A stretch of DNA of 33,642 nt, from positions 1 to 33,642 of the forward strand of contig CAZXTA010000001.1 in NCBI GenBank assembly GCA_964642865.1. The letters are read 5' to 3'. The stretch is from an uncultured Methanomassiliicoccus sp. GTDB lineage: Archaea; Thermoplasmatota; Thermoplasmata; Methanomassiliicoccales; UBA472. Positions 8,958 to 16,685 of this stretch are shown piece by piece (the stretch's first letter is position 1; each line of letters begins with the position of its first letter). A program made the position numbers and the translations under genes. The notes below the pieces were generated by a model. It saw nothing but the letters and a program-made list of their open reading frames with translations. It searched no databases and had not been told where the DNA came from.

Positions 8958-9917
8958 ATGGCAGGGCAATCATCGGAGATGGTATCGGTCCGAGGCATAT
9001 ACAAGCGCTACAAGGACCTGCCAGTTCTCCTCAATCTCAGCTTTGACATACTAAAGGGCTCAATATTCGGATACATCGGTCCGAACGGGGCGGGCAAGAC
9101 CACCACCATCAAGATCATCACTGGCCTCATCCGCGATTATCAGGGCGATGTGACCATCGAGGGCCGTTCCATACGCAACTGGGATGCCGGACTCAGCTCC
9201 ATGATCGGTTACCTTCCCCAGCAGACCGCCCTTCAGGAATGGAGGACCGTGGACCAGACATTGCGGACATTCGGTCGATTGTCCGGTCTGGATGTTGCGG
9301 AGGTCGAATCGAGGATCAAGGAAGTGACGGAACTGCTGGGCATATCCGAATATCTAAAAAGGAAGGTGGGCAAGCTCTCCGGGGGCACACTGCAAAAGGT
9401 GGGTATGGCCCAGGCCATGCTGCATCGACCCAAGCTTATGGTACTGGACGAACCGGTGGCCGGCCTGGACCCGGAAAGCCGGGTGCTGTTCAAGGACCTG
9501 TTCAGATGGCTTTCCCGTGAAGGTACCACCATCTTCTTCTCTTCACATATCCTGAGCGACATCGAGGACATAGCTGACACCATTGGCATACTGGGTCAAG
9601 GAAGGATGCGGTACATCGGTTCTATGGAGGAACTGAGGGGCCGGGTGGGGAGGAACACCGAGGTACGCTTGGAGACGGTGGAGGCTCTGCCGGACAGCAT
9701 CATACTGGAACGAATTCCGTCCATCTCCCGTGTGGACCGCATAACGGACAACTGTTTCCACATCATATTGCACGATCAAAAGGACGTTGACGAGACTGTA
9801 GACCAGACCATACGGACCCTACTGGCCGAGGGAATGCACGTCCGGGGTATATATCCTGCCAAGCAGTCCCTGGAATCGCTCTATCTTAGCTATACTGATG
9901 CGGAGGGTGGGGCATGA
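8958..9917 (+). CDS. ABC transporter ATP-binding protein
   Basis: Walker A is GPNGAGKTT, the signature is LSGGTLQKV, and Walker B is LMVLDEP. The first in-frame ATG is at 8958; the listed 8931 start is TTG. Confidence 0.9.
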   Translation: MAGQSSEMVSVRGIYKRYKDLPVLLNLSFDILKGSIFGYIGPNGAGKTTTIKIITGLIRDYQGDVTIEGRSIRNWDAGLSSMIGYLPQQTALQEWRTVDQTLRTFGRLSGLDVAEVESRIKEVTELLGISEYLKRKVGKLSGGTLQKVGMAQAMLHRPKLMVLDEPVAGLDPESRVLFKDLFRWLSREGTTIFFSSHILSDIEDIADTIGILGQGRMRYIGSMEELRGRVGRNTEVRLETVEALPDSIILERIPSISRVDRITDNCFHIILHDQKDVDETVDQTIRTLLAEGMHVRGIYPAKQSLESLYLSYTDAEGGA

Positions 9918-10570
9918 GCCTAATGCTGTTGTTCCTGGACGAGCTGAATGGGTTCTATCGTTCAAAGGTCATGATCGCCCTTTGGGTGGGGCTTCCGGCC
10001 ATGGCCTTACTTCTATATCTCCTGGTTCCCGAGATCGAAGGTATTCCGATCTCTACGTTCACCGCGTTGCTGGTGTCCAGTATAGGTGGCCTGTTGACCT
10101 CGGTGCTCATAGTCGTGAACATATTGAACGAGAAGGAGAAGAAGGTCTACGACCTGTTCATGGTCCGCCCCATCTGGCGGGGAAACCTTCTATTGGCCAA
10201 GTTCAGTGCTGTCTACCTGTGCGTGATGATCGCGTCCCTCATCGCGATACTACTAGCAGCTTTCTTGGATGCCGCGACCAATGGATATGACATTGGAACC
10301 ACCATTAGCTCACTTCGGGATTCCCTGATCATTACGGCCTCCATAATGGCCATTAACTGCTCTGCAGGGGTGCTCATCGGTGTTTTCTCCAACACCGTGC
10401 TGGTGGGTGTTCTGCTAGTGATCTTCGGATCTAACCAGCTGTCCTCTCTGGTGCTACTACCGATGATATCGGACATCGGAGAGATCTGGATGGCCGGCCT
10501 GGCTTCCCTGGGAATATCGGTCCTTTTACTGGTCGGGGCGGTATTGCTGTTCAACCGGAAGGAGTTCTGA
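9914..10570 (+). CDS. ABC-2 type transporter permease-like membrane protein
   Basis: 218-aa polytopic hydrophobic ORF. Its ATG overlaps the ATPase stop (ATGA at 9914-9917). Confidence 0.7.
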   Translation: MSLMLLFLDELNGFYRSKVMIALWVGLPAMALLLYLLVPEIEGIPISTFTALLVSSIGGLLTSVLIVVNILNEKEKKVYDLFMVRPIWRGNLLLAKFSAVYLCVMIASLIAILLAAFLDAATNGYDIGTTISSLRDSLIITASIMAINCSAGVLIGVFSNTVLVGVLLVIFGSNQLSSLVLLPMISDIGEIWMAGLASLGISVLLLVGAVLLFNRKEF

Positions 10571-10573
10571 GCC

Positions 10574-11041
10574 TCAGAGGACCTCAACGGACATGTAGGC
10601 GTCTATCAGCACGTCCATGTGGACCTCCTTGTTCCATCCGGACCTTCGGAATATGTCCATGAACCCCAGACCGATGATCTTAGGGTGTCCTGGAATGCGA
10701 GACAGGAAGGAGTTCACATCTTGAACCGGACAGCCGAACTTAGGCATGGCCAATCCCCCCAACAGAACGACCGCTCTAGATCTCTGGGGATCGAAGACCT
10801 TGCTGCCGATCTGGAAGCCGATCCCTTCCACCCAGCTCATCTCCCGGCAGCGGTCCCAGTACGTCTTGGGACCGAAAGCAAAAAGCATCTTCCGATCACG
10901 CACGAAATAGGCCAACAATTGGGCGAACGGGGAACAGACAGCTTCGGAACCTAGGAAGAGTATGGCGCTTCCGTCAGGCACGTCGGCCAAAGAATCTCGG
11001 AAGGTTCTCGAAAGTCCAGAAATTCCTTCAACTTTTGTCAT
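10574..11041 (-). CDS. Conserved hypothetical protein (possibly DUF2124-like)
   Basis: The ORF on the minus strand has normal GC-rich coding composition. I prefer the start at Met20 (MTKVEGISG). The family assignment is from memory only and is weak. Confidence 0.5.
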   Translation of the reverse strand: MTKVEGISGLSRTFRDSLADVPDGSAILFLGSEAVCSPFAQLLAYFVRDRKMLFAFGPKTYWDRCREMSWVEGIGFQIGSKVFDPQRSRAVVLLGGLAMPKFGCPVQDVNSFLSRIPGHPKIIGLGFMDIFRRSGWNKEVHMDVLIDAYMSVEVL

Positions 11042-11386
11042 GCACTTCCATTCCATTAACACACCATAGCTCTTTTCATTACTGGATTGATAAATCAATA
11101 TTGTTAGATTTAATTTTCGATACTATATTAACATGCTATAATTACCATGATAGATGCTAAATAAATACATTAATATTTATATTATATGCAATATATATCA
11201 TGTAATGTAATAAAAATATGTTGTTAAGAAACATACTAAACTAATATAACGTATCAGGAAAACATGAACATGAATTTCACCGGTGTATATTCAAATTAAA
11301 TTATTAATATAGCCCGTAGTTAAAACGACTAATATAATATAGTAATTTAAGATACTGTTCTATCTATGTCTGACAAATGTCGGCTA

Positions 11387-11395
11387 TTTTAAATA
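11387..11395 (+). promoter_or_regulatory. TATA-box candidate for the recombinase operon
   Basis: TTTTAAATA lies 37 nt upstream of ATG 11432. This spacing favours 11432 over the listed 11408 start. Confidence 0.35.
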
Positions 11396-11431
11396 TTTTG
11401 TAGGTCAATGATTTCTCGATTTTGCAATCAT

Positions 11432-12289
11432 ATGTCTGACAATGAGCGATTGAGAGCGGCTATATATGCCAGGGTCTCCACCGAGGACCAGGCCAGGGAC
11501 GGTTTCAGTATGGCGGCTCAGCTCAAACGCCTCCGAGCATATTGTCTGGCTAGAGGTTGGAGCGTGGCCAGCGAGTACGTTGATGATGGTTTCAGCGGCA
11601 GGAGCGCGGAACGGCCAGAGTACAAGCGTATGATGCACGAGATGGACAAATGGGACGTCCTCGTGGTGCTGAAGATGGACCGTATCCATCGCAACAGCCG
11701 CAACTTCACCCAGATGATGGATTTCCTGCGCTCTTGGAACAAGGAGTTCAATTCCATGCAGGAGAACTTCGACACCACCACGGCCATAGGTCGATTTGTA
11801 ATGGACACCATCCAGAGGATCGCCCAGCTAGAGAGTGAGCAGATCGGAGAGAGGGTAAAGGTGGGTATGACCCAGAAAGCCCTGGAGGGTAAAGGGCACT
11901 TGGGTTGTCCCGCACCTTACGGTTACCGCTATCATGAAGGTGCGTTATCAGTCGATGATCTGGAGGCGCCAGGCGTGGAAAAAATATTCAGAATGGCCGC
12001 CAACCTGAGTTCCACCGGTCAGATATGCGAAGCGCTGAACCGAATGGCAGTTCCCACCAAGAACGGAGGACCATGGCAAAGAGCCACGGTACACGGGATC
12101 CTGACCAACCGCATATACTTGGGTAAATTGGTCTGGGAGGGCATTGAGCAGGACGTACCTCATCTCAAGATGATTGAACGGACCGTTTTTGAAGAGGTGC
12201 AGGAGATCGTCGCTATGCGATTGAAATCGAAGCGGAGGCCGAAGAGAATATCCGTCAAGGCCTTGTTCAGGAGCGAGGCACATGCCTAG
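11432..12289 (+). CDS. Serine recombinase (resolvase catalytic domain + recombinase domain), copy A
   Basis: The N-terminal motif AAIYARVSTEDQA contains the catalytic Ser. Further motifs are DDGFSGRS, MDRIHRNS and IQRIAQLESEQIGER, followed by a recombinase-domain-like region (GCPAPYGYRY...ILTNRIYLGK). The protein is about 285 aa. Confidence 0.9.
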   Translation: MSDNERLRAAIYARVSTEDQARDGFSMAAQLKRLRAYCLARGWSVASEYVDDGFSGRSAERPEYKRMMHEMDKWDVLVVLKMDRIHRNSRNFTQMMDFLRSWNKEFNSMQENFDTTTAIGRFVMDTIQRIAQLESEQIGERVKVGMTQKALEGKGHLGCPAPYGYRYHEGALSVDDLEAPGVEKIFRMAANLSSTGQICEALNRMAVPTKNGGPWQRATVHGILTNRIYLGKLVWEGIEQDVPHLKMIERTVFEEVQEIVAMRLKSKRRPKRISVKALFRSEAHA

Positions 12290-13145
12290 GGCGGCCATTT
12301 ACGCCAGGGTCTCCACCGAGGACCAGGCCAAGGAAGGATATTCCCTGGCCGCCCAGAAGGAGAGGCTGGAGGCCTACTGCGACGCGCATGGATGGGACAT
12401 CGCCGAATATTACATCGACGAAGGTCATTCCGGCCGAAGCACCCGCAGGCCAGCCTATCACCGCATGATGGAAGAAAGGGAGAGATGGGACATCATCCTT
12501 GTCATGAAGATGGACCGCATTCATCGCAACTCCAAGAACTTCATGATCATGATGGAGGACCTGGAGAAGTGGGGCAAGAAGTTCAGCAGTATGAACGAGT
12601 CTCTGGACACCTCCAACGCGGTCGGGCGTTTTGTCGTAGACATTATACAGCGCATCGCCCAGCTGGAGAGCGAACAGATAGGGGAACGTACGTACATGGG
12701 GATGCGACAGAAGGCTGAATCTGGTCAGGGAATCCTTGGGTTCAGGGTTCCTTTCGGATACGGCCTTCATGACGGAAAGCTGGTTCAGGATGAGGATGAA
12801 GCTGAGGTCATCCATTTAATATACGACCAATATCTAGCAGGTCAGACCATGGACATGATCGCCTGGGGGCTGAACCGTGATGCCGTGACCACGCGCAGAG
12901 AAAGTCACTGGACGGTTTGGTCCATCAGCAGGATATTGCACAACCCTGTCTACGCTGGTCATTTGAGGTGGGACGATCTGGTGGTCTCCTCGGAACATAC
13001 ACCGATAATCACGATAGAGACATATAACGAAGTACAGAAACTGATCGCGTCGAAGGTGAAGAACAGGAAATACCGTTCATATCATCAATTGCCAACATCT
13101 CGAAATGATGATGGACCTAATTTCATTACGAAAATTGGCGCTTAG
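12282..13145 (+). CDS. Serine recombinase (resolvase catalytic domain + recombinase domain), copy B
   Basis: MPRAAIYARVSTEDQA, DEGHSGRS, MDRIHRNS, IQRIAQLESEQIGER and ILHNPVYAGH are present. It is paralogous to copy A. Its ATG overlaps the copy A stop by 8 nt. Confidence 0.9.
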   Translation: MPRAAIYARVSTEDQAKEGYSLAAQKERLEAYCDAHGWDIAEYYIDEGHSGRSTRRPAYHRMMEERERWDIILVMKMDRIHRNSKNFMIMMEDLEKWGKKFSSMNESLDTSNAVGRFVVDIIQRIAQLESEQIGERTYMGMRQKAESGQGILGFRVPFGYGLHDGKLVQDEDEAEVIHLIYDQYLAGQTMDMIAWGLNRDAVTTRRESHWTVWSISRILHNPVYAGHLRWDDLVVSSEHTPIITIETYNEVQKLIASKVKNRKYRSYHQLPTSRNDDGPNFITKIGA

Positions 13146-13575
13146 GAACTGTTGTATTCCCCTTTTATAGAATTGGTCATTTGTAATATTCATTTCAGAC
13201 GGCCAGCAATATAAAATATTGTAAAATAAAAATAAATACCATTCTAATTTATGGAAGTCTATAAATGTGTTAGCTAGTATATATAATAATCCCTAAATCA
13301 AGCCTGTTAAATAATAATATGGCATAATGACATTTTACGCCGATTATAGTATTGTATTAACAGTACTAGATTAATAAACTATTTATTATCCTTACAGAGA
13401 TATGATATATTTAGGATTGGTATAGCAATCCAAGGGACAATCAGAAGGGAGAGGGGATCACTATGGGAGAGTGTATGCATAGTCATGAAATCGACCTCAA
13501 ATTTTATAGTAGGTTAGCATGGCTAGCAGCAAGCCTCGTCTTTTCTTTATGTCCGGAAGAAAGGAGTGATAAAAA

Positions 13576-14148
13576 ATGGCAGAAGAAAGCAACATACACA
13601 TCAAGCTAGCGGGAGCTGAAGTACTGGGATTATTCCTAGTTAGCTTGATTACAATCGTAGTCGGAATGTATGGATTTGAAGCATACGATGATTTAGGGGT
13701 GATTTTGGCCGTAGCAGGAACGGTCGGCCTTGGCCTCTTCCTATGTACCATCGTTGCTTACCTGAACGAGAACGTATTGGTCTCAGCCGCCTTCGGTCTA
13801 TTCTCCATATTCCTGTTAGGATTCGCAGGAATGGCTGGCGCTACATTTTCGCCCACTGGAGACCCCTGCATTGCTGCAGAGATATACTGCATATTCGTCG
13901 GGCTCGGCGTGCTGTTGGTGGGTGTGGTAGCCTTCGCTCAACCGGTCAAGATCCTGCCCATATTCCTCATCATCGCTGCCCTGGCCTTCATATTCCTGGG
14001 GCTGTGGTTCGACATGGGAGAGGACGTCAGGGTCATCGTTGGTATCCTGTGGACCATCGTCAGCCTGATGGCGCTGTACATGGCCGCTGCGATCGCCTTC
14101 CTGACGGTCAAGGGCAAGCAGGTCCTGCCTCTGCTCATAAAGGCTTAA
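13576..14148 (+). CDS. GPR1/FUN34/YaaH (AceTr) family acetate/succinate transporter-like membrane protein
   Basis: 190 aa with six hydrophobic segments. The layout resembles SatP/YaaH, for example YLNENVLVSAAFGLFSIFLL versus the family E..GN.F..TAF..YG.FW region, and a similar C-terminal ...GKQVLPL. A strong SD (AAGGAGTGAT) lies 6 nt upstream. Confidence 0.55.
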   Translation: MAEESNIHIKLAGAEVLGLFLVSLITIVVGMYGFEAYDDLGVILAVAGTVGLGLFLCTIVAYLNENVLVSAAFGLFSIFLLGFAGMAGATFSPTGDPCIAAEIYCIFVGLGVLLVGVVAFAQPVKILPIFLIIAALAFIFLGLWFDMGEDVRVIVGILWTIVSLMALYMAAAIAFLTVKGKQVLPLLIKA

Positions 14149-14153
14149 ACGGG

Positions 14154-15057
14154 ATGAGAGACAAAACGCCGCAAACCCTTTCCTTATTTTCTATTTTCAT
14201 CAAAGGTTGAACTACCGCACATCCTTTTACATGTTGTATGACCATTGACGATTCTAGATGGAACTGCGAGAACCTGCAGGCGGCTATTAGGAAAAGGCAC
14301 GGAACAAGCAGGGCACACAACTCAAAATAGATCCCGTGGGAGAGCTAGTCAAAGAAGATGTTTTTTCGAAAGGTCCCGCGGATTATATGGGATTGATCGA
14401 TACCAAAGCCATTCATCATCTTCACGCGTCTGTATTCATCAAACCCACGGCTTTGGGGAGGCGCTTACGATGAGGCGGGCTGGGCGTTCCGAGTGTCCAG
14501 TATCGCGGAAAGGGTATGGTGTGCGGGGTTGGCGGTCGAGATCGATGTGGAGGCCGGTATGTATCTTAAATTCACGATTGGTGCCGTGAATAAACTGGTT
14601 CAATCCAACCGAGGTCCGATATCAGTGGCATTGAAGGCATATCTGTATCGCATCTTTATGGATGCCAAAGACCTCTCCCGGGATAATGCGCGGGTCCGAC
14701 TGGTCAAGGGCATATACTCCGAAGACATCGAAGAGTATGTCGATATTCAAATGTCCAAGTTGGACAACATCGAGCTGCTGCATTCCATATGAAGACCTTT
14801 CTCCATCGGAACCTACGATCCTGTTGTAATCGCGATGGTGCTCAAGGAACGTGTATGAAATGGCTCGTCGAGATCGATATGCTTACAAAAGGTTGGGCGA
14901 TGAAACGAAACTGTATCTCGCCGGAAGAGGGCGGTCCGTTGCCTAGTACGTTCCTTATGGTGCGAACTCTCACGCTTACGTTACGCACCGGAGATTAATA
15001 ATTGCGAAAAATGTCGGATCTAGGTTTGCTACCTTGTCAATGAACGTCTTTGAATGA
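14154..15057 (+). pseudogene. Proline dehydrogenase (PutA/PRODH family) pseudogene with multiple frameshifts and in-frame stops
   Basis: PRODH-like segments are scattered over three frames:
- ENLQAAIRK (frame 0)
- KQGTQLKIDPVGELV...ASVFIKPTALG (frame 2)
- GGAYDE...LAVEIDVEAG...ALKAYLYR...ARVRLVKGIY (frame 0)
- in-frame TGA at 14790-14792, then SIGTYDPVVIA
- VEIDMLTKG (frame 2)
- LGDETKLYLAGRGRSVA, TAG at 14944-14946, then YVPYGANSHAYVTHRRL (frame 1), ending at TGA 15055-15057. Confidence 0.7.
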
Positions 15058-15328
15058 ACCTGTTTTCTATTAACTATTGTGTAATTTTGTGAGATGCCTT
15101 TTTTCAATTCAAATGAGGGGGAGAAACCTGTTTTCCACCACTTTCAAGTTGATGTTAGGGAGTCCGTCGGTTACAAATTTGAATTTATTTGTACAATAAA
15201 TCATCTAAGTTATTGTAATTATAATCATTATAGTAAAATATAGTATAATTAATAACATAATATACAATAATATTAAGATAATTAGTTATATTTATATAAC
15301 AATCAATACAATTGTAATAATTAGAATT

Positions 15329-15499
15329 ATGGTGAAAGCAATGACGGAAGGCAAGACCACGATGCAGGTAAGCGAATCCACACGTGATCGCCTCTACAAA
15401 CTCAAATTCCGCCGAACATATGACCAATTCCTCAACGAGCTATGTGATATGTATGAGAAGGCTGAGAGAATGGATGGAAAGGAAAAGTCAACAGATTAA
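15329..15499 (+). CDS. Small ribbon-helix-helix protein, VapB/DUF217 (COG1753)-like antitoxin fold
   Basis: This 56-aa ORF is below the track cutoff: MVKAMTEGKTTMQVSESTRDRLYKLKFRRTYDQFLNELCDMYEKAERMDGKEKSTD. The pattern TxxVSxxTxxRLxxLK...YDxxLxxL matches archaeal RHH antitoxins. It is the only GC-normal patch between two AT-rich spacers. Confidence 0.45.
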   Translation: MVKAMTEGKTTMQVSESTRDRLYKLKFRRTYDQFLNELCDMYEKAERMDGKEKSTD

Positions 15500-15661
15500 T
15501 TATAGTAAAATCATAATCAAATTACGTAAGTATAGATACTAACTAAATTAAAAATGTATAGTAATTTACACATCGATTAATATATAGTTCTCTCATCCAA
15601 AATATCGTAATGGAGCAGATTATATTATCGAGCAGCTTCCATAGTCATTTCGGTATTTCTT

Positions 15662-16192
15662 ATGAAAGTAAGTATCGAGAAAGCCCTGAACGATCAGATA
15701 AACGCAGAATTATATTCAGCCTATCTTTACAAGGCCATGGAGATGTACCTGCACTCGGTCGACCTTCCTGGGATGGCAAACTGGATGAATGTGCAGACCC
15801 AGGAAGAGCTGGCTCACGCCGAGGGAATGATCCAGTTCATCAATTTACGCGGAGGACGGGTCATCTTGACCGCTATCGAGATGCCGAAGAAAGAATGGAA
15901 TTCCGCGGCCGAGGTCTTCGCGGACGCATACGATCATGAGGCCAAGGTGGTCACGGTCAAGATTCACAAGCTGATGGACCTAGCAATAAAGGAGAAGGAC
16001 CATGCCTTCAACCAGTTCTTGCAATGGTACGTTGCAGAACAGGTAGAGGAGGAGGATAACACCGGAACCTTGGCAAGGAAGCTCAAGAAGATTGGGGACC
16101 ACATGCCAGGATTGATGCAGGTGGACTCTCAGCTGGCGGCCAGGACCTTTATTGCTCCGGTCATTCCGGGCACCAGCATCGGCGCTCCATAA
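15662..16192 (+). CDS. Ferritin (non-haem, Ftn-type)
   Basis: 176 aa. The ferroxidase ligand pattern is present: NAELYSAYLY (Glu), QEELAHAEGM (ExxH), YDHEAKV (Glu) and VAEQVEEED. Confidence 0.9.
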   Translation: MKVSIEKALNDQINAELYSAYLYKAMEMYLHSVDLPGMANWMNVQTQEELAHAEGMIQFINLRGGRVILTAIEMPKKEWNSAAEVFADAYDHEAKVVTVKIHKLMDLAIKEKDHAFNQFLQWYVAEQVEEEDNTGTLARKLKKIGDHMPGLMQVDSQLAARTFIAPVIPGTSIGAP

Positions 16193-16204
16193 AAAAATAA
16201 TGAG

Positions 16205-16236
16205 GCAGGGATTCACCCTGCACACATTTATTTTTT
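16205..16236 (+). terminator. Hairpin plus T-run after ferritin
   Basis: GCAGGG-ATTCA-CCCTGC (16205-16221) is followed by a T-run at 16227-16236. Confidence 0.35.
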
Positions 16237-16685
16237 CAAGGCTCCATCGGCGAGGCGATATCTACTATCATCCACAGACTCGTGTTCACGTCCTACGTGG
16301 TCTTTTTCTTAAATATGTCGAAGAATCCTATAAAATTCCCTGGGAAGAATGTAGACCCCAGTTATTATAATGCTATTTTTTACACTTAAAGACCGATTAT
16401 TTATCCAATTATTTTATTGATTTAAATCTTAATTCTCCGAAGTTTTTTTATTATTACTAGATTATTTATAGTTAATTAATGGAGCAATCTTGCTCTATTG
16501 ATCATTCAATGGAGTCGTTAAACATCTTAACTAATTTAATAACTATAGTAACTAGATATATTATTTAACTTATGTATTAATGATAATTATCGTAATAAAT
16601 AATAAAATCAATTTAATTAACATTGATTTCAAATATGTTAAAGACAATATATTTCTAAAATTACTTTCAACTGGAGGGAATTGGG

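Larger units (their letters stand above)
11099..16685. mobile_element. Putative integrated element / genomic island with serine recombinase pair
   Basis: Five very AT-rich spacers separate small cargo modules: 11099-11407, 13146-13575, 15058-15328, 15500-15661 and 16193-16685. By hand count 15181-15330 is 19/150 G+C. Recombinase genes sit at the left end. The boundaries are approximate, and the right end could extend to 19460. Confidence 0.45.

Noticed and set aside
8883-8960. The ALDH stop TAG (8883-8885) is in the same frame as the ABC ATPase ORF, with no further stop in between
   Set aside because: The 72-nt spacer translates to non-coding-looking sequence. The ATPase has its own ATG and a typical N-terminus. 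Same-frame adjacency over so short a gap is expected by chance.
14288-14290. TAG inside the first part of the PRODH-like region, considered as a possible pyrrolysine codon
   Set aside because: Frame tracing shows the homologous reading switches frame just here, from ENLQAAIRK in frame 0 to KQGTQLKIDPVGE in frame 2. The TAG is therefore not in the ancestral frame. The gene also has many other lesions.
14596-14606. GGTTCAATCC, resembling a tRNA T-loop
   Set aside because: The flanking bases do not form a T-stem or any cloverleaf. The site lies inside the PRODH-homologous reading (NKLVQSNRG).
15185-15427. 80-aa minus-strand ORF (Tyr/Asn/Ile-rich) in the AT-rich spacer
   Set aside because: It is a low-complexity translation of AT-rich DNA. 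It overlaps the better-supported plus-strand RHH ORF and has no start context.
15228-15511. 12-nt direct repeat TTATAGTAAAAT at 15228-15239 and 15500-15511, flanking the RHH ORF. A similar TATAGTAATTTA word is shared between spacers.
   Set aside because: In DNA of about 13-20% G+C, such 12-mers are expected by chance at roughly this frequency. No longer flanking similarity is present.
16240-16370. GC-richer patch inside the spacer after ferritin (ORF 16152-16370, and a minus-strand reading ...FFPGNFIGFFDIFKKKTT*DVNTSLWMIVDIASPMEP)
   Set aside because: It could be a gene remnant. I could match neither strand's translation to any family, and both contain stops or lack starts.
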